Below are positions 14,495 through 26,790 of a stretch of 64,000 nt of DNA, in pieces. The position numbers and the translations under genes are program-made. Each line of letters starts with the position of its first letter. Position 1 is the first letter of the stretch. The DNA comes from Octopus bimaculoides (taxonomy: Eukaryota): NCBI RefSeq assembly GCF_001194135.2, contig NC_068991.1, positions 41,226,774 through 41,290,773 on the forward strand. The letters run 5' to 3'. A model generated the notes under the pieces. It saw only the letters and a program-made list of their open reading frames with translations, had not been told where the DNA came from and ran no database searches.

Positions 14495-15295
14495 AGGTAC
14501 TTGGGGTGGAAATTTTTAAGTCTGGCTGCTCTTCATGTTGCCAACCATTAACTGGTTTTCAAGTAAAGTATTTTTTTTTCTATTCCAGTAGAATTAGGAA
14601 GCACAGATAGTGGATGATTTGTTGACATGAAATATAAACAAACATCGCTATTTATAGCAGCAGCTCAGCACTGATTGTAAACAGTCACATTGGCACATAC
14701 ACATGTGTGTGTACTCACATAACAGGCTTCTTTCAGTTTCCATCGCCCAAATTCTCACACAAGGTCTGACACTTGCTGAAGGTTCCGCACAGTGGAACTG
14801 AACCCATAATTACATGGCTGCAATGTAAACTTCTTAACCACACATTCATGCCTACTCTTTATGTAATGAAATTATATTGGAACTTGACACACCACCAGTC
14901 ATGTTTCTGCTCAAGATATTTTGTGAAAATATGTTTAAAATATAAACGTTGTACCTGGTTTAAATATTTTATTGCTAAGAAAAATTATAACCCCTCTAAA
15001 CATCAGCAGCCCTTGGCATTTACTGTCCTAACAAAGCATTGTCACCTAGGTTAAAAACCCCTGAAGTAGTTGATACACTGTTATAGATCTGGTTATTGAG
15101 TTACTGATTGTGGGAAAGATACTTTTTATCTTTCTTATCAAGAGATCTTCCCCAGATGCTGCTGCTGCCACCAATAATGATAGCCCAGATATTACCTGAG
15201 GCACTCTGAACATTAGCTACTTGTCAGCTATTTACAAAGATGGATATGGAAAAAGAAAGAAGCTCATTGTATGTATATGTGTGTGTGTGTGGAGG

Positions 15296-15445
15296 GGGAA
15301 GAAGCTTACTTCCCAGCCACATGGTTCTGGGTTCAGTCCCACTGCATGGCACCTTGGGCAATTGGGCAAGTGTCTTCTACTATAGCTTTGGACTGACCAA
15401 AGCCTTGCAAGAGGATTTGGTAGACGGAAACTGAATGTAACCTGT
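15296..15445 (+). mobile_element. tRNA-derived CORE-like SINE (family B)
   Basis: agaagcttacttccc..ccacatggttctgggttcagtcccactgcatggcaccttgggcaa...gtgtcttctactatagc...ccaaagccttg...gtagacggaaactgaa. Confidence 0.8.
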
Positions 15446-15473
15446 TGTGTGTATGTGTGTGTGTGTGTGTGTG

Positions 15474-15533
<60 letters not shown>

Positions 15534-15535
<2 letters not shown>

Positions 15536-15768
15536 GGGTGGCCCAAAAGTAGGTTTACAGTTATCATGTAGGCACTTTGAATTTATTTTAAAACATTTTA
15601 TTACATTTAAATTTCTATCTTGCAAACTGAAAAGAGAGCTTGACAAAATTAACTAAATTAGCATAGAATAATGGTTTCATATTTTTTGTTATAATTAAGA
15701 TCTAAACTGTTAATATATGAATGTGAAAGAGATAGTTGACCAGCTGTAAACCTACTTTTGGGCCACTG
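15534..15768. mobile_element. Tc1/mariner-superfamily MITE
   Basis: Perfect 23-bp inverted repeat GTGGCCCAAAAGTAGGTTTACAG (15538-15560) and its reverse complement (15744-15766), next to a (TA)n(CA)n tract. Confidence 0.85.
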
Positions 15769-18700
15769 ATTGCCCACTATCCATTGTTGTCATTGAGAAA
15801 GAAAGGAGTTTAATAAAATGATAAGTTTATATAACTCTTAGAGTATTTTACAGAACACTTTGCTCATCTTTTTGATGCAGTATTATTGTAAATCATATTT
15901 TATTTTGATTTTAGCTCTAAAAGCCTGTCACGGTTTTGGGGCTATTTTGAAATGCAAGTTTCTTTTTCATATTGACAAATGCCAAAAGCAAGTATCAATG
16001 TCTAAGCAATATGCTTTGGGTAAACTTGGAAAACATTCTGACAAGTCACTGACAAGGTGAACAAGGGTGAAATAGCATGACAAAGTTACATAAAAAAACT
16101 CCCAGCAAAAATGAAACAAAACAAATAGATTATTTTTATTTTTTTAATTTAAATTTTTAGAACTGTTTTTGTTTTTCTTCTATCTAACTGCGTGGGATAA
16201 TTTACATGGCTTTTGATAATTTATAAATTATTCTATTAAATGCATTTTGCAGATTCTAGATGTTTTGTGTTGATAACACCAATGAAATGGTGGCACCAGT
16301 TGTCTGGCAAACAGTAGTATTTTTCTTCTAATGTAACATGCTGGCTCATAAACAAGTATGGACACTTTTGGGTAGTTGCTAAACTCTTTCTCAAGAAAAC
16401 TCTTGCTGTTTTAAGAATGGGATTCACATAGTTTTAGTTCTATATCATGGTGTACTATGTCTACATAAGATGGTTGTGACTCAGACAAAAATCCAATAAT
16501 CTTATGAAGTTTGGTCCATGCTGTAATCATATCATAGCATTAGGGCTGTTCAATCTATCTCCTAGTTATAGATTTACAGCAATTACTATACAGTGACTGC
16601 AACAAACTGATACAAACTGGAATCATACCTTCATATTAGTGTTATATGGCTACTTGAGCTGAACTCAACAATTACAAAGCCATAGCACAGTTTGAATTTC
16701 CTTATGATCAGTTGTCCAGTATCTAAATCCTACATGTTTTAATCCACATGGGATTGTATTTTTAATGAAATAAAGTTCCGTAAGTTTCAATTAATTTTGA
16801 AGCTAATCAAGTATCTTGAGGAATTTAATAAAAGTCATGTTTTAATTATGAAGTTGGTGTTTGGAACATAAAATTATGATGAAAGGTTTTAATTTAGTTA
16901 TAAACACTTTAAAATGGGTGGTTTTGTTTCAAGTAACAAGAGACTAACTCAGTCATTAAATTAGTACCATCATGTCTTTCACATTATTTAATTATTGTTT
17001 TATTTTGTGATTTGACAGTTCAGATTATTTTTTGTTTTGCTGTTGCAATGCAATTTCCTCCTACTGCCAACTGTATAGTATATTAATTTTGTGAGATGAA
17101 ATTTTATGAGTTTCATTGCAGGTCATAAAATGGGTTTTTTTTTTTTTTTTAGAAGCAACAGAGAATAAAAGTTTTATTGTATGTTTGATAGAGTAAAAAG
17201 ACAATAGACACACTAAAGGACATAGTCCAAGCTCTGTGGCATTAACAAGAAGTATCATGTGATAAATGACAGAAATATAGGTCTTTTACATTCATTTAAC
17301 TAAACTGGTGTCTGGACAATAAATAAAAAAAAATGAATAGGAAGTTGGGATGAGGGAAAGAAAAGTTACCTAATAGTACTGACTGGTTTTTATTTGGGTG
17401 TTTCTATATATTTTATTGAATGCAGTAAATTGCATGGTATTATCCGTCTGAGGTTCAATTTGCTTGTTAATTCAGTTTATTGTGCAGTCCTAACACATGC
17501 ACATATACACCCATGGTAAACCCCTTGTATGAAATATGCAAGCTAATATCAAATTGTTGATGGTAGATATTGCATTAGTGTACATGTGTGTTTGTGTGTG
17601 CATGGGATACTTTGTTTTTCTATACACATGCTGTGTATATGTGTGCATACATATTTGCGTTTATACTTTCAAAAATATATTTATTTAGTTTTAACCCTTC
17701 ATCTGTCCTGTTTATCACATGTAACACACAGGACATATTTCCCTGGTGCCATGCGTCATATATGACACACATGCCCAATTTGTTTCAACCAATAGAGTAA
17801 CCGAAACTTTATATCTATTACTCAGAGCATATGAAACAAGGGCCAATATCTCTATCTCTCTGTCTGGCTATTGTGCTTCACATGTAATGCACAGGACACT
17901 TGGCTGATAATCTGAGGTTCCAAAAAGAATGTCTGTAAACAAGCGTGGATGTTTAAAACAAACTTATGGAAATGCTTTGAACTGGCAAAGGCTTAAGCAA
18001 TACTTTATTTCATACTGTGTGGAAAAAAATTTGCAACAAATTAACACATTTCTAACATTGGTACTTATGAAACTATATCAGAGTATGAGCAATTGAGTTG
18101 ACAACACTAGATAAGCTTAGTGATTCAAATCATGGCACTGAATTGAGTTTGGCCAAGAAACTTAAATCTTAAGTGGTGAGCTGTAAATATATTCTAGAAC
18201 AAACCACTACTAAAATTTACAAAGGTTTTGTTAGTTTATAGTCCTGATTTCAACTTATAGTTTGGCTACTACTTGGAAGTAGTGCACTTTACTAAGCTGA
18301 ATGAGTTCTAGGTAATTAGTAGTGCCCATAAAACCCAGTGGGTTGGTAGACCCACAATTGTGTGTGTGTGTGTGTGTGTGTGCGTGAGAGAGAGAGATAA
18401 AAAATGGATCCTGGTCAGAAAGCAATCCATGAGTGTTCAGTTGTGTAACCAACTGAATTACCAGGCTCATTGAATTAGCATATAAGAGGCTGAGTATTCC
18501 ATTGACACATGTGCCCTTAATGTATTTCTCAAATGGAATCAGTTTGACTATGTAACAAGACTGGAGCTTTGAATATACAATCCATTTGACAGGTTTCCAT
18601 ACAGTTTCCATCTACCCAATTTAAGTCAAAAGGCATGAGCTTACATGAAGCTATGGAAAATGAAGTTTGCCTAAGATGCCACGCAGCAGATTTGAAACTG

Positions 18701-19324
18701 ACACCTCATGCTTGCAAAGCAAATTTAACCATTCTGCTATACTTTGCAAGAATATAAATGTGTGTATGTGTGTGTGTGTGTGTAATGTATGTAAGAAGAA
18801 TCTAATAATGTTTAACATCAACCTTTTGTATTTGGGCAGATAATAAAATACATATACACACGTACATATATACTATCATTTTAACATCCACTTTTTCTTG
18901 CTTGCATGGGTCAGATGAAATTTGTTGATGCAGAGTTTACTACATTCAAGCTCTTTCTGCCACCAACCATGCCTGGTTTCAAGCATGGTAATATTTCCTT
19001 TATTCCTTCAAATATGAACAGCACAATGGCTTACTTTGTTTTCATGGAAAATTGCAAACAAACAACATTGCTTGTCTGATGGTGATGATTGATTGTAGTA
19101 AGTACATGATACCAAGGCAAGGAGATACAAACTCACATGCTCATATGACAGGCCTCTTTCATTCTTCATCCACCAAACCCATTAACAAAGCCTTGTTTGG
19201 CTCTGCATTATTACATACCCAAGTTCAGAAGGTTGATATCTTTAAACAATAGAATTGTTAGTTTCTTCTTATTTAACAATCTTAAATAAAGTTTACTTTA
19301 TATTACTTATGTGTTGCATTACCT

Positions 19325-19700
19325 CATCACAGCTGTACTAAGTGGGACATGTTTCAAGGATGGAGGGCAACAGGCTCCCATGGGCAGTTTTCTACACTGA
19401 ATTGCATCAGGGTAAGTGGAGCCGTAATGGCCAGAGATGTGCTGAAGGGACATATGAAGAACTCCAGCATCTCCCCAGAGGAGAATTCCTTGCAACATGA
19501 TGAATGGCACTGATTGTTGAAGCTTGTTAATTTCAGTCATTGAGGAGAAACAACAGAGAGGTTACAAAAGAGCACATGAGAGGTGTCTCTTCTCTGTTAT
19601 GTCAAGTAACTTTACCTGCATCAGATGCCATTGCTGCTGCAGATCAAGTGCAGGCTTTGTAGCCCACATGTGAGCCTATCAGAGATGATTTCTGAACAGA
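19325..19700 (+). mobile_element. RTE-clade LINE 3' remnant
   Basis: QLY*VGHVSRMEGNRLPWAVFYTELHQGKWSRNGQR, and a terminal CIRCHCCCRSSAGFVAHM*AYQR Cys/His motif typical of RTE ORF ends. Confidence 0.8.
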
Positions 19701-20479
19701 ACAGTTAACGTTGCCGTGTGATGGACAACTGGTGTATGTGTCAAAATTGTATTAGTAATGTTATAGTAAAAACAGTGCAATAAAATTGTAGTAAATGTTG
19801 AAAAAGAAGAAATTTTTAGTACAGTATCAAGCTTAATATCAAATTACTTAAAATATTCTTTATTATTATTTGTATATGTATACACTTATTTTCATTAGTA
19901 ACATGTTTTGTTGTAGTAGTAATATAAAATATGGTCAATGTGCAGTATTAAAACCTTAAGGAATTGTCTGTGACATTGATTGATGATAGTGGATATGGTA
20001 TTGGTGGGATCCTTGATATAACATTACTTATATGAGGTACCATGAAAAAATTTACATATTTATGTAATGCCAAGAGAAGGGGAGCTTGGCAGTGCCTTTC
20101 TTGTTCAAGTCTTTAAATGTGACCAGATTTTAAAATAATTTGTAAAACTGGAATTAAAAAAAAACAAAGAAAAAATACTAGGTTACAGACTTGTCTCACC
20201 AGGGCCATCTGCTTTTCATCATGTTAATTGAATGAGAGAAATCTCTTCATGGTTATGATACTTGTTTATCTCAAGTTCTTGAAGGATCTGGTGCACTTAG
20301 GTGAACTGTGGCATGTAGAATTGTGTTGTCCTGGGTGAACATGGTATGTACCATCAACTGTGGGATGTGCAATTTAGTGTTTTTATAAACGCTGAAATGT
20401 TTACAATGGACTTGAACTGAAAACCTTTGAGCTTTAATATTATAGCCATTGTGCCATTTTGTTTTTACTGATGTCCCAT

Positions 20480-20658
20480 TTATGGCTTGTGAATTGCCTT
20501 TAACATTGATGGGTCCAATCCATGTCAGCATCGAATGCAATTCAGATTTGTATGATTCAGAAGCAGTTGAGCACATTAAATGCTTATATTGTTTCGTACT
20601 ATAGACACTGGTTAATACTTATAGGTACTGACTGTACTGTATATAAGTACATTAAGTG

Positions 20659-20702
<44 letters not shown>

Positions 20703-20913
20703 CGAGTAAAAATAAATACAAAAAAGGTTTTTTTTTTGTATGATTGTGTATAGAGGAATATATTATTTTGTTTAAAAGAGTTCCAACACTGTCTGTTTTT
20801 TATGTTTTATTTATATTCCTGCAGAACCAATGTGGGGTATAGAATATGTTATGGCTTGTGAATTGCCTTTAACATTGATGGGTCCAATCCATGTCAGCAT
20901 CGAATGCAATTCA
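20480..20913 (+). repeat. Exact 65-bp direct duplication (20480-20544 = 20849-20913)
   Basis: ttatggcttgtgaattgcctttaacattgatgggtccaatccatgtcagcatcgaatgcaattca occurs twice, 369 bp apart. Confidence 0.95.
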
Positions 20914-21008
20914 TACACATACACAATTGCAGCGTGGAAGGCGTTTATAAGCCATTTAGAAACACAAAAACCGTTAGATTCACTTCAACATTTAAATCTA
21001 ATTTGCCA

Positions 21009-21095
21009 AAATATTTTTGTCGCTTTGAGATTGCAACCTGTTCACTGGAATTTTGTCAGTGAACAGGTTGTGGTCTCAAAGCGATGAAAATATTT
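21009..21095. repeat. 39-bp-arm inverted repeat with a 9-nt loop
   Basis: 21009-21047 pairs with 21057-21095. There are 34 Watson-Crick pairs and the other 5 are all G.T. Confidence 0.9.
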
Positions 21096-21254
21096 NNNNN
21101 NNNNNNNNNNNNNNNNNNNNNNNNNNNNNNNNNNNNNNNNNNNNNNNNNNNNNNNNNNNNNNNNNNNNNNNNNNNNNNNNNNNNNNNNNNNNNNNNNNNN
21201 NNNNNNNNNNNNNNNNNNNNNNNNNNNNNNNNNNNNNNNNNNNNNNNNNNNNNN

Positions 21255-21287
<33 letters not shown>

Positions 21288-21289
<2 letters not shown>

Positions 21290-21480
21290 GGTTAGTACTA
21301 TAGATGCTGAGTAGTATGATTAGATACCCATTAGTATTATAGATTCTAGTTAGGTCTATAGATATTGGTTAGTTTTATAGATACAAGATAATACTTATAG
21401 ATACTGGTTAGTATGACACATTAGTACTTTAGCTTCTAGTTAGTATGATGGACACTTGTTAGTACTATAAATATTGGTTA
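21288..21480 (+). repeat. Degenerate minisatellite, unit about 20 bp (TATAGATACTGGTTAGTAC-like)
   Basis: Repeated ggttagtactatagat / tagtattatagatt / tatagatactggttagta variants. Related units occur at about 20595-20650. Confidence 0.7.
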
Positions 21481-21761
21481 AGGTCAACAGTTGAATGGCT
21501 AATATACTGCGTCACTGGTCCAGAGCAATTTGTGAGGTACTTACCGTATTATACACTACTTATTCTTGTTAGTCAAGCTGAGTTCTACTAGCTTTCAACT
21601 CTTGCTGGGGTCAGTATAATTATTTTATTCTTCAAGGATGAATAAAACAATCCAGTCATATTCGGGGACCAATTCAAATGAGTATTACAAATCTGTTCTG
21701 AATGTCTTGTTACAAGAAATTTTTGTGGGATGGTGGCATTTAGATTAAATACTTGTTTTAA

Positions 21762-21959
21762 TCCTTTAGTATTTAAACTGACCATGTATGGTCATAATGT
21801 TCTACCGGTTTTATGTTCAAATTGACCAGATCCAGCTCCTCACACCTATCCTGCAATGTTGTTGTAAAAATAAACAGTTACATCAAAGTCTTGAAGCTAC
21901 ACGATAATGCATGTGGATCTATAAGCATTACATTTGACAGTAATCTGAATGCTTAAGGC
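21762..21959. mobile_element. piggyBac-like MITE, diverged copy
   Basis: ttaa-tcctttagtattt ... aatgcttaaggc-ttat. The internal sequence is the reverse complement of the 62104-62317 family. Confidence 0.55.
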
Positions 21960-22214
21960 TTATTACTCTTTGTGAATATCTTTTTCTTTATTTTGGATAA
22001 AGCAGATTGAATTGTGAGTTTGGATTTGATTTTATGAATATCTTGGTATTTAGCAGTTACAAAGCCAACTGAATTCTTCATATATTCTTAGAATATTATG
22101 AATCAGGGTGATTAGAGTTGTATTCCTAAATTCCTTTTTTAAACCCAAGATAAACTTATTTGGACATTTTTATTTTTAAGGTCCTGCTAATTAACGAAGG
22201 GTAAGGTTAGCAAT

Positions 22215-22415
22215 ATTGGTTTCAAAGTTTGGCTGCCAACAAATTTGGTAGGTCAATCACATCGATCCCAGTGTTCAACTGGTGCTTATTTTATCGACCC
22301 TGAAAGGATGAAACATAGAGTTGACCTCAGCAGAATTTGAATTTGAAATGTAAAGATGGACAAAATGTTAAGCATTCTGTCTGGTGTGTTAATGGTTCTG
22401 CCAGTTTGCTGCCTT
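22215..22415 (-). mobile_element. SINE family A copy
   Basis: atcgatcccagtgttcaactggtgcttattttatcgaccctgaaaggatgaaa...gttgacctcagcagaatttgaa. Confidence 0.8.
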
Positions 22416-23529
22416 GGTAAGGTCAGAAGTATTGATATATTGATGTGGTGTATAGACATCTTTCTTTAATCTTAACAAATAGAATTGTTAAAAAAATGCT
22501 AAAGAATTAATAAATATATATAAAAATTAAAAAATAATAAATATAGATAAAAAAATAAATATAAAAAAAAATGATAATTATAAATAAAAAATTAATAAAT
22601 TAAAAAATTGATAAATATAGATAAAAAAATTGATATGAATAAAAATAAAACAGGTATTTGCAATTCATCATTTTGATAATGTTTCAATTTATTGATTACC
22701 TGAAAAAGTTTGGGTGCTTCTTTCACTTTTAGCTCGTGTTGTTTTCTCCCTATATTTTTGTTAATCTCAGTGACTAGATTTTATTATTTTTTAAAATTTT
22801 AAAATGGTTTCAATGGTTTACTTTGCAATAATAACTATCATAGCATGTTTCACATAGCAAATCATTTACAGTTATCAATTATTACATTTGCCTGTATGCA
22901 AATGTGCAATTCTGCATTAAGCCTCTAGAGAGATAGATAGTCAGCTTTGAATTCCAATCAATGAAGAGTTTAACTGTTTTAATAATGCAAATCTAATCTT
23001 ATGACTTAACATTCATTTGTATTTAAGTGGCTTACCAAGATAATATATATATTCTTTAGGCATTTACAATTTAGCAGGTCCTACACCTTTGCAGATTGAT
23101 TTTGGACTTAACTTCCAGTTATGTAGAGCTTATAGATAAATGCTTACCTAAGAACCAACATGCTTGCATTTGAAAAAACTGTGGTCAATGATCTATGAAA
23201 TATGCTAACCATCTCTGACCATTATACCTTCATTGCACAAATCAAATAATATTAACTACTAATTTAATATTCAGTGTTTCCCTAGAATTTATCTTAACCA
23301 ATCTAATTCATATTTTGCCAAGGTATAGTGCATTTATTCAAATATAATATGCTCTAATTTTCACTAGCTTCAATATGAACGGTGACAATTCTGTAACCTT
23401 ATAGAATTGCAGTTTTAATTGCTTCACATACCAGAAGCAACTTAAACAATGAAGTTTTATTATTAGTATTACTATTATTATCATCATCCCTATTATCATT
23501 CAAAAGCTATTACTTGATAATTAGTAGGT

Positions 23530-23825
23530 ATTTGGAGTTTTGGTGATAACAGGTCTCTTTAATCTTAAGGGTCTTTCTTAGGATTTTTGCAGATTACAGG
23601 GTGGCACCTCTCTACAAGTCTATTTTACGGGTCTCAATTCCAATATCCTTTAGTCCCTCAATTGTAGTTTTGAGTATTGTACCAAATTTACCAATAACCA
23701 CAAGAACAATTTTCACCCTTGTGTTCCACAATCTCTTCGACTAGGTCCTCATATTTCTTAATTTTCTTAGCTTCCTTGATATCCATTTTACTATCATCTG
23801 GGATTGCAAAGTCAGTAATCTTAGA
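23530..23825 (-). mobile_element. R4/Dong-clade LINE 3' fragment (second copy)
   Basis: Minus strand reads ITDFAIPDDSKMDIKEAKKIKKYEDL...RLWNTRVKIVLVVIGKFGTI...LKDIGIET...SAKILRKTL. A TAA-rich tract follows the 3' end. Confidence 0.8.
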
Positions 23826-24745
23826 ATGATTAATATCATTATTAGTAGTATTATTCTTACTATATTAATTCTGTTACTTTGTAATGCCACATGAAAGCTG
23901 GTCATAACTCAAGTGTGAGTAAAGATCAAAGCCTTCACTCACACTTGAGTTTTATTTGGTATCAGCATCCACCATACCTTTCCCTAATGCTTTTTAAGTA
24001 CAAGTAGATACATATACCGTCTCAAGTCTCTTTTCTTTGATCTGGTAGAGCATCCAAAATATGACATTTTGAGGAAAGAAATACAACCCAGTACTTTATT
24101 TTATCAACACCTAGCAGAAGGATGAAAAGTAAAGCTGACCTTGGCAGAATGTAAAAAGCTGGAACAAATATACAAATGCCATATACTGTTTTATCCAATG
24201 CTCTGTTGATTCTGACAATTTGCTGCCATGGTTACAACCTAAGCCCCTACTCTTTTTATAATTGAAATAAATGCTATAAATTAAGGTGAGATGTGTTAAC
24301 AATATTTTGTCTGGTATGGACAGAATATTGAGAGAATTCAAACTGTTATTGGTCGTCTGAATAATAACAATTTAAAAGCTTTCAATAGCTTGGCTGTACC
24401 AGACACAACAGTATTACTATATCTTTCTGTTCTTCAGTTATAATATTTTTTCAAATATTGAAAGAAGAATTGCCAATCATCCTCAGTGTTCTATTTACCC
24501 CATGAATCATTTACAATAATAACGATCAGATATTTTTCACGTTCCTTATGAGTTCATTATAATTTTATGATTATTTTTTATGTTGCAATCTATGGAACTA
24601 AGTTGTCTTATGAACTCTTTCTTATTAGAATCATCATCAACTATTATTGCCTCCTTACTTGATGCTACTGAAGTAGTTAGTCTCATCTCAACACTCTATG
24701 TTCAGAACTTTAAGTTATTTGTTGCCAGCCATTCTAAAATATATT

Positions 24746-24959
24746 CTTTTCTACTCTAGGTACAAGGCCCAACATTTTGGGGGAGGGGGCCAGTCAATTA
24801 GATCGACCCAGTACGCAACTGGTACTTAATTTATTGACCCCAATAGGATGAAAGATAAAAGTTGACCTCAGCGGAATTTGAACTCAGAATGTAAAAACAG
24901 ATGAAATACCGCTAAGCATTTTGCCTGGTGTGCTAATGTTTCTGCCAGCTCACCGCCTT
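24746..24959 (-). mobile_element. tRNA-derived SINE (Meta-domain-like family A), full length with 17-bp TSD
   Basis: Body contains gagttcaaattccgctgaggtcaacttt...tcatcc...gtcaataaattaagtaccagttg. TSD CCATTCTAAAATATATT at 24729-45 and 24960-76. Confidence 0.85.
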
Positions 24960-26465
24960 CCATTCTAAAATATATTGGATCAGATTGAATGTCATTCCTT
25001 ATGTACCTTTTCCTGCTTTATATTTTTGTTTTTCAACCAGTCTTTAATCATTGCTTATAATTTTCATAATTAAAGGTGACAAAGAAAGGTTTACTTATAA
25101 CTATTATTAAATTCCTTTAAGCAATAAGGTCATGGATATGTTCACCAGTTCTGTTAATAATCATTTACCATCCCAGAAAGATACATATCAGTTGAAACAA
25201 CTATTTCCTTCTATATTTTCTTTTTCTTCTTCTTTTATTTGATGATAATCAGTGCAACCAATAATTCGGCATCTAGGACTCGAGCTCATCAGCGGAAAGA
25301 TAAAAGGTAACTGATATCATGACTTTTAGGGGATATCTGAACCCTAATAGAAATATTCCTGCACTTGGATGTTGTACTTATGTTGTCTTAAGCTTGGATC
25401 ACTCTATCTCTTCACTGTTATCTTGTCACTCTTTGGATTTTAAATGATAATAGTTATGATTGGAAAAGGAGAAATATTCTCTTCAATTCCTGTTTACTAA
25501 TGTTTTAAAGTTTCAATTTTTTTCACACCAGCTAATTGCTTTTTTTCTTTTTGATTTTAAATTATATTCTCTCTTTCACTACTCTTGGATTGTTTATTCA
25601 CTGAAATAAAGAATATATTTAAATGTAATATTGTGGTGTGTGTGTGTGTGTGTATGTAATCTCTAATGATCTATATAATAATCTATTATAAAAATTCTGA
25701 TGAATTAGTTGGGAAGCCAAACAGAATCAATGTAGGTACTTTATCTGGTGCATCATGTTGTCATGTTTAAATTCTGCTATAGTTGACTATAGCTGATTTG
25801 TGCTTTTGAACTCTTCAGGATTGCAATAATAATAATGATAATAATGATAATTTTTCATGTTAGTACAAGGTCATATTTTCTTTCAAAGATGGATAAATTC
25901 AATTTAATTGATCACAGTACATGCCTGGCATTTATCTTATTGACCTCAATGAGGCAAATGTCCAAACTAAACTTGGCAGGATTTGAAGTCAAAACATAGA
26001 GGGATTGTTTCATTCTCATTAATAATAAAACAATCCTTTTGTTGTTTAGAATTGCCACGAGTTAGTTTCACTGTTATTCTACAATTTCGCTTTTTCTGTA
26101 CATGAAACTTTTTTTTAAAGAGAGGTGGTAAATTTAAGATCTGATTGTAATATAATATCATTGCATTTGTACAGGAACAGAGATCAATTGACTTTGTCAT
26201 CTATTTTGTTATTGTTGCAAAAATTCATGTATTTAATGTTCTTTATATTGTTGTTTTAGGCTCCTTGAAAAATATTTTTAATAGAAAAAGTTTAGTTGTT
26301 TCAAATGTACCATTGTGTGCATTGTGGTTTAGCTGAAGGAATACTGTTTATTCTGAAGACTTCTCTAACTTATGCTACCCAGGAAGAATGAAAGGGCATT
26401 ATTGCAATAATGATGCTAAGATGATGTAGTGTAGATTTAATTCTATAAATATCATGCAGTTGAAC

Positions 26466-26790
26466 TTAGGTGCAGACATGGTTGTGCAGTAAGAAATTTG
26501 CTTCCCAACCACATTGTCTCAGATTTAGTCTCTCTCACTGTGTAGCACCTTGGGCAAATGTCTTCTACAATAAACCTGGCTTACCAAAGCCTTGTGAGTG
26601 GATTTAGTAGACAGAAACTGAAAGAAGCCCATTATATGTATATAACTCTGTGTTTGTTTGTTTGTCCCCCAACACTGGTTGTCAAGCAGGCTGATAGAAT
26701 AAGTACCAAGCTTTAAAAAAGAAAAAAATTACTGGGGTTCATTCATTTGGCTGCTGTCCAATGAATGAAGCAAGTAAAAGATAAAGGAAA
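26466..26790 (+). mobile_element. SINE family B, longer copy
   Basis: ggtgcagacatggttgtgcagtaagaaatttgcttcccaaccac...caccttgggcaaatgtcttctac...gaaactgaaagaagccc. Confidence 0.75.

Noticed and set aside
20276-20300. Possible 25-nt exon (V)LEGSGAL(S) that would bridge the 13365 microexon (phase 1) to 44281 (phase 2)
   Set aside because: The donor (gtgaac) is weak, there is no recognisable homology, and the join would leave no room for the expected coiled coil. The phase fit can be chance.
20830-21087. 85-aa ORF behind an acceptor-like site
   Set aside because: It is built from the duplicated cassette, a repeat fragment and the palindrome, and shows no protein similarity.
25255-25300. Minus-strand hammerhead-like core (atctttccgCTGATGAgctc...cGAAtt) with upstream context similar to the 43158 motif
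   Set aside because: GAAA is broken, and no convincing stem II, stem III or stem I partner exists. It may be a decayed Penelope end but cannot be supported as a ribozyme.
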